From: Octopus vulgaris
Lineage: Eukaryota
Length of the DNA: 64,000 nt
Direction of reading: 5' to 3'
NCBI GenBank assembly: GCA_951406725.2
Contig: OX597825.1
Coordinates: 65,844,001-65,908,000, forward strand
Position 1 is the stretch's first letter. Each line of letters starts with the position of its first letter. The notes beneath the pieces were generated by a model. That model was not told the DNA's origin and did not search any database. It worked only from the letters and a program-made list of their open reading frames with translations. Shown in pieces: positions 55,433 through 64,000 of this stretch. The position numbers and the translations under genes are program-made.

Positions 55433-55935
55433 TATGTGATAATTGAATGATTGATAAATAAATGATAATCATGCTAGAGCACGAAATATATAATATATAA
55501 TATTATATATACATCAAAGATAGAATGATACTTGTGGTTACGTAGGAAATTAAATTCTACTATTTTAAAGAATGTTTTAGCGAGGCCCTTGACGTTTAAA
55601 GCGAACGAGGTATAGCCCAACTAGATCCGTCACCTGAGCGGAGTTGGATCAGCCCATAGTTATATAAAAAAATTGCTTCTATTAGTATTGAGGTTATCAC
55701 GGGACCAAAGCTTATTATCAGAGGATATGATGGTCTGCCTGGCAGATAGAATTATATCAATTCCTAAGGAGGTTATGTTGGTTAGGCTTTTAGCTAAGGT
55801 AAGGGGGGTTTAAGGAGGATAGGTGATATAGAGGTGTAGTAATATATGTATATATACATATATAAATACATACATACATATATACAAAAAAATTAGATGA
55901 CAAAGGAATAAACAATTATCTTATGAACTTCATTA

Positions 55936-56016
55936 GCTTACAACTGTTTCTGCTATATGACGCAGTGGACTCATGTTTGAGTGCTTGAGTAACAACTTCA
56001 ATAGCTTCATCAGAGA
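55936..56016 (-). ncRNA. Minimal hammerhead (slightly decayed)
   Basis: ct-CTGATGA-a-gctat...atagc-a-GAAA-cagttg-TA-ag. Confidence 0.65.
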
Positions 56017-56059
56017 CTGGCTGGAATATAAAGTGCATGCCTAAACGATATTGTAAAGT

Positions 56060-56156
<97 letters not shown>

Positions 56157-56202
56157 GATAGATAGATAGATTGATTGATTGATAGATAGATATATAGATA
56201 GG

Positions 56203-56280
<78 letters not shown>

Positions 56281-56289
56281 TACAGGCGT

Positions 56290-57450
56290 GAAGGAATTAT
56301 TTTCATAAATAGTTTATTGTAAAATTATGTGTAGCTAGTTCAAGCGAAATGCTTAAAATTCGATACTTTAGTTGCGATGTACAAGTATAAGCGTTAGATG
56401 TAACCCGTGTGAAATGAATCAAAGTTAGGTAGAATATCCAATGTTACATACTATGTAGAACAATGAGGAATACAATGAGGTCAAATTACTATACATATAG
56501 AGAGATTGGAATACAACGAGGTCAAATTAGTATACATATGGAGAGATTTAACAGATCAAAGATGAATTTAACTTTCGATGGTTTTATGCATTTTGTGATT
56601 GCAAGGAATTCTTTTGAAGTCGTTTGTTAAGAATTTCGCCTTTGAGTCAGAGTTAGTGTAATGTGTATAGCCAGGCTTTAGGTTTAGCAAAACATTATAT
56701 GATCTCTTTGTTATTCAGTGAAAAAAATTTCTTCCTGTTTCAGATTAGGGAGCGGATTTTTTTTTTCTAGTTTTCCAATTTTTAGATGAAACGAGATAAT
56801 GAGGTTCGATTATTTCTATGTGGATTTCTAAAATTATAAGTATTATTTTGTGAAACGGATTAAAGGTGAAACCAAAAGAGATTTGATTATCGTGTATTTG
56901 TAAGTATCGCTAGCTACAGTGTTGGAATCAAGAGAACATGTATTAGAGTTGATAAAATAATAGTTATTGATGGAATGGTAACTACTATGGGAGTTCGACG
57001 TAGCAAGGATGAATGGTTTTATTGTTTGTAAAAATTTGGAGTGTTAACGCAAGAGGAATTTATAGGGTTTGTGCAAATAAAAATTATATAACCTTTGTAC
57101 TGTCGAGGAAAATCTTGATTAATTTAAAGAGTTAGCTATTAAGGTTATAATGGTGAGATTGAATAGGTATTCTACAAAGTAATTCCTTTTTCTATTTCTG
57201 TTTTATTTTTATTTCTGTTGGAAAGTACGCAAATGGTGATCAACAGAAGAAATGTGTTTTTATACCCGCTCTGAGAGAGCGCTTTCACATAAAAGCTCTG
57301 ACCGTAGTTTAGTGGTTACAGTAATTTAGACAAGGAGTCATCATCTCTATAAAACCCACCTGTATATTTTAAAATTAGTTAATAAGAGTTATAACTTTGC
57401 TAGCTGGCTCCCATTAAATGGAATGTTAACTAGCTAACTAGCTACATAAC
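56290..57450 (-). pseudogene. Heavily decayed Penelope-like RT/EN region upstream of the 55936-56016 hammerhead
   Basis: MGAS, GGFYRDD (57338-57360) and FLD motifs occur in order on the minus strand. Confidence 0.55.
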
Positions 57451-57959
57451 TAGGTTCAGGCCGGTGCATCCCCCAGTTTTCTCTCTGGCGTATATAATTA
57501 CAATAATAAAACTTATAATCATTATTCCTGAAACTTCCAGAATTGCGCTCGGTAGGATCTTATTTTCCTTTTGGGGATTTATCATGCAGGAAAATCCGTC
57601 TATCTGATATGTTTGTAGTCCCTAGTAATATCATATTCTGTACGTTGTATATTTGTTATGAGATTTGAATTATATATTTGTATAAACGTTTTTTTTTATT
57701 GTTTAAATAATTCTCAGTCATATACTATTGAGAGATTGCTCGTGATACTTCATTCTGATTATCTTTATTTCTTTATTTCTTTTCATTTTTTTTGGTATAA
57801 ATTTTCCATTTGTTTTAGAGAAATGTTTTCACCAATAAAGACTGATAGCATGATTAGATGTTTCATTTGATAATGGTGATTGATAACAATATCAAGTCAA
57901 TTTTCTTAATCTCTATGTCCTCGTGCGTACTACTTTAATATATATAGAAAGTACGTACT

Positions 57960-58009
<50 letters not shown>

Positions 58010-58024
58010 CATATATACATATAC

Positions 58025-58206
<182 letters not shown>

Positions 58207-59131
58207 GGTGTATGTGTGTGTAGTGTTCATCTGTCTTATTTAACTTTCATTTGTGTCTTTTCTTTATTGATTTCATGTAAGACTCGGATATTTTTTTTTT
58301 AGGTTTTCTTTGTTTTATTTGCCTCAGTTCTTTTGTTTTCTTTTCTACTTTCTCTTTCTCGCGCTTTGATATTCCCTATATAAGTAGGTCCCATACAATA
58401 GCCACTTCCTTTTGTAACTACATATTTCATTTGGTTTATCTTCATGATATTGATGTTCAAGTCTCTTTCAGTAAATCACTAGTGGCAAGGTTTATGCTAT
58501 ATTTTATTGCAGCTTATTTTCTATTGGGGGAATTTCCGTTTTCTTCTCAGAAATATCCTCAATCAACTTTAATTTTAACTATTCCTACTATTAGACTATT
58601 GTCACATGCAGAATTCCCATCCATAGAATTATATATCCTTAAATCTTTCTGATACTCTATTTGATTTGATTATCGTTTGTGTTGTTCAGGTTTGGCTTTC
58701 GTTGGTCATTACTTTGTAGGTGTGTTTTGATTTAATTATATCGCCTTTTGTTATATGCACTGTATTTCAAATGTTTGTAGTTTATATTCTCCATGTTTGA
58801 GATTAATGTACTTATTTCTGTTGTTTGCATTCTATGTTGTTTGATTTCATTTTCTTTCTTAACTGTTCTATTTCTGTATCTGATATCGCTTTTTCAGTTC
58901 TGGAAACGAACCAGATGCACTTTTAGATAAGGACGATTTTTTTTTCTCCGTATATTATATGTGGAGGTTGTGATTTCCATTTTACTAAAGTATAGTATGT
59001 GACTGTAATATATGCATGTAGCATACAAACGTATCCCCTTGTTTTGGTTAATGCCATTTTTCCTTTATTTTCACATCTTGGGTAATAACGCCGTCCTTGT
59101 ATTTACATTGTCATCATTTTCGTTGGATACC

Positions 59132-59505
59132 TATTTCTTTACTGCCCACAAGGGGCTACACACTGGGGGGGGGGGGGAAAACAAGGACAGACAAACAGAT
59201 TAAGGCGATTATATCGACCCCAGTGCGTAACTGGTACTTAATTTATCGACCCCGAAAGGATGAAAGCTAAAGTTGACCTCAGCGGCAGACGAAATACCTA
59301 TTTCTTTACTACCCACAAGGGGCTAAGCACATACAAACGGATTAAGTCGATTACATCGACCCCAGTGCGTAACTGGTAACTTAATTTATCGATCCCGAAA
59401 GGATGAAAGGCAAAGTCGACCTCGGTGGAATTTGAACTCAGAACGTAACGGCAGACGAAATACCGCTAAGTATTTCGCCCGGCGTGCTAACGTTTCTGCC
59501 AGCTG
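59132..59505 (-). mobile_element. SINE family 2 with TSD
   Basis: Flanked by ttcgttggatacc / ttcgttagatacc. Confidence 0.8.
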
Positions 59506-59631
59506 GTATTCGTTAGATACCAGCTTATGTTTTGTTTTTTTTAGTTATGTGGAGTTTTGCGCGCTACATTTTTCATACAATGTATGTATGCATGTAAAAG
59601 AATGTATTACATTGTTGTTTATTTGTTCCTT

Positions 59632-59850
59632 CTCATAAGGGCCGGTTTCTTGGTTTCCTTTGCGTATACGTTCCCCACCTGGACGGGACGCCAGTCCGTC
59701 GCAGGTGAGCTGCAAGATGCAGGAGGAAAGAGTGAGAGTAAGTTGTGGCGAAAGAGTCAGCAGAAGTTCGCCTTTACCTTATGCCGGAACGACGTGGAGC
59801 TTAGATGTTTCGCTCATAAGCACACACTTCGCCCGGTCTGAGATTCGACA
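59632..59850 (-). mobile_element. SINE family 3-type
   Basis: Homologous to 27756-28301 and 38256-38548. Confidence 0.75.
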
Positions 59851-59999
59851 TGGACGGTTCTAAGTTCAAATTCCACCTATGTCGACTTTGCTTTTCATTA
59901 TTTCGGGGTCGATAAAATAAAATGCAATTAATTTCAGACATGTTTGTTTGCATACAAACTTTCAGACATGTGTCTTAATATTATGACAGGAGCAAAAGA

Positions 60000-60535
60000 A
60001 GGCGGCGAGCTGGCAGAGTTGTTAGCACGCCGGGCGAAATGCTTAGCGACATTTCGTCTGTACTTAAGTTCTGAGTTCAAATTCCGACTGTGTATTTCAT
60101 CATTTCGTGGACCATAAAATAAGTACCGGAAGGCGGCGAGCTGGCAGAGACGTTAGCATACCGGGCGAAATGCTTAACGGTATTTCGTCTGTCTTTACGT
60201 TCTGGGTTCAAATTCCGCAGAGGTCGACTTTGCCTTTTATCCTTTCGGGGTCGATTAAATAAGCACCAGTTACGCACTGAGGTCGATGTAATCGACTTAA
60301 TCCGTTTGTCTGTCCTTGTTTGTCCCCTCTGTGTTTAGTCCCTTGTGGGTAGTAAAGAAATAGGTATTTCGTCTGTCTTTATGTTCTGAGTTCAAATTCC
60401 GCCAAGGTCGACTTTGCTTTCTTCCTTTCGGGGTCTATAAATTAAGTACCAGTTGCGTACTGGGGTCGATCTACACGACTGACCCCCACCCCCTCTCCAG
60501 AAATTTCGGACCTTGTACCTAGAGAAGAAAAGGAT
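60000..60535 (+). mobile_element. Two head-to-tail SINE family 2 copies (older relics flank them)
   Basis: ggcggcgagctggcagag heads at 60001 and 60132. Confidence 0.85.
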
Positions 60536-61606
60536 AAAAGAAGTACCGGTCAAACGTTAAGGTGAATACAATTGACCATACCCTTGTCCCAAAATTCTTG
60601 GCACTTGTGGGAGATTATTATTATGGCAGGAGCAAAACTAGGCAGCAAGCTGGCACAATTCTTAACGCGTTAGCCAAAATGCTTAGCGACATTTCTTTCG
60701 GATCTTGACATAGTGAGTTCAAATCCCACCGAGGTTCAGTTTGTCTTTTATCCTTGTGAGGCAGATAAACCAAGTACACTGGATGTATTGTTATCGATGT
60801 GATTCCTCCTTTCAAAATTAATGGCTTAGTACCAATACTTATAAAGAATTATTATGGAAGAAAACAGGTATGTTTCTGCATTTAAACAGCGATCTAGTTT
60901 CAATCCTAGAAAGTAACCAAACCATAATCCTTTGTTTAATTAATAAATTTCACAAACTGTAAAGATAACACACATGCGCATACACTGCCTTCCTTTATTC
61001 ATGTACGTCAGGCACAACGACCATAACACACACGAATTTCCTCATCTCAACGTTCTCTCTCCTTTTGCTTACATACCTTATAATCGCCCTCATCTTCACC
61101 CTCGTCTTCGTTATATTAGCCTCAACGCAACAGTTACGCCTATAAGAATAAAAGCGATTAGGGAGGATGTTACACAAGACGAGATTACTGAAGCGGAAAG
61201 ATTTCGTTTTAAGAGCAGGCATTTAACGTGATACGAACTTAAGAAGCATGAACAGAAAAGCCATACAGCATAGTTGCTCAGCTCTGTCGACACTTTTGCC
61301 CTTTTCAGTCGATGATTTGTAACGATATGGAAGTATGAAATACTGATCAATAGCACCGATTCCGAGCCCAACCAGCCTCGCCCTACTTCTCTTGGCAGCT
61401 TAAAAGACTTACAATCTCTCTATCTTAACATGGCCTACTGCATAACACTGTAATATTTCCAGGAAATAAATCATCTGCCATCGATATATGTCTATACACA
61501 CGCGTATGCAAAGTTATGAGATATTACAGGCATGCACGTAAGTGTGTGTTTGTAAGTATGAATATATGTATATATATATGGAAGTATATATGAATATATA
61601 TATATA

Positions 61607-61655
<49 letters not shown>

Positions 61656-61666
61656 GTATATATATG

Positions 61667-61735
<69 letters not shown>

Positions 61736-61754
61736 GATGTATATAAACATATAG

Positions 61755-61802
<48 letters not shown>

Positions 61803-61907
61803 ATGTACATAAATATATATATATACTTATATGCATACATGCATACATAGATACATATATATATATATATATACACGCATACACACACATATATACATAT
61901 ATATACA

Positions 61908-61949
<42 letters not shown>

Positions 61950-62086
61950 GTGTGTATAGATAGATATAGATATAGATAAATATAGATAAATATATATATA
62001 TATATACATATGTGTCTATATATACATATACATAAACGTAAGCACACACTTGAAAATAAGCACATTATTAATATGACTACTTGATA

Positions 62087-62127
<41 letters not shown>

Positions 62128-62135
62128 TATATATT

Positions 62136-62168
<33 letters not shown>

Positions 62169-62319
62169 CACATACATACTCACATGCATGCATTTATAAA
62201 TACATATATACACACATACATAATCACGTAGCTTACTGATTTCAATAATTCGATTAATCTGCACAAGCAATAATGTTTTGTGTTGCTTCTACTCCAGATA
62301 TCATTGTATTTCTAATAAC

Positions 62320-64000
<1,681 letters not shown>

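Overview
AT-rich, microsatellite-saturated eukaryotic intergenic or intronic DNA. The SINE families and (TA)n/(AAT)n/(GATA)n density suggest a cephalopod, probably Octopus (inference). No host protein-coding gene can be supported, and most listed ORFs are microsatellite artefacts. The one long real ORF (7737-9692) is the RT of a 5'-truncated CR1/L2-group LINE. Other elements: a decayed MULE transposase, R4/Dong-like RLE retrotransposon ends (three in (AAT)n), an L1/Tx1 3' fragment, two non-autonomous Helitrons, two MITEs and three tRNA-derived SINE families. The main hidden signal, read by eye, is about 10 minimal type-I hammerhead ribozymes (HHRs) with intact cores plus several variants. They belong to about 10 different short Penelope-like (PLE) derived elements that mostly sit in (TA)n tracts and often fold back through long inverted repeats. 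They carry family-specific palindromic stem-III loops, and two have compensatory 3-8 core pairs (G3-C8, U3-A8). Four decayed PLE RT/GIY-YIG fragments in the window point to the mobilising partner. A local duplication gives a filled/empty site pair showing insertion into (TA)n. Coordinates were counted by hand and nothing was computed or searched.
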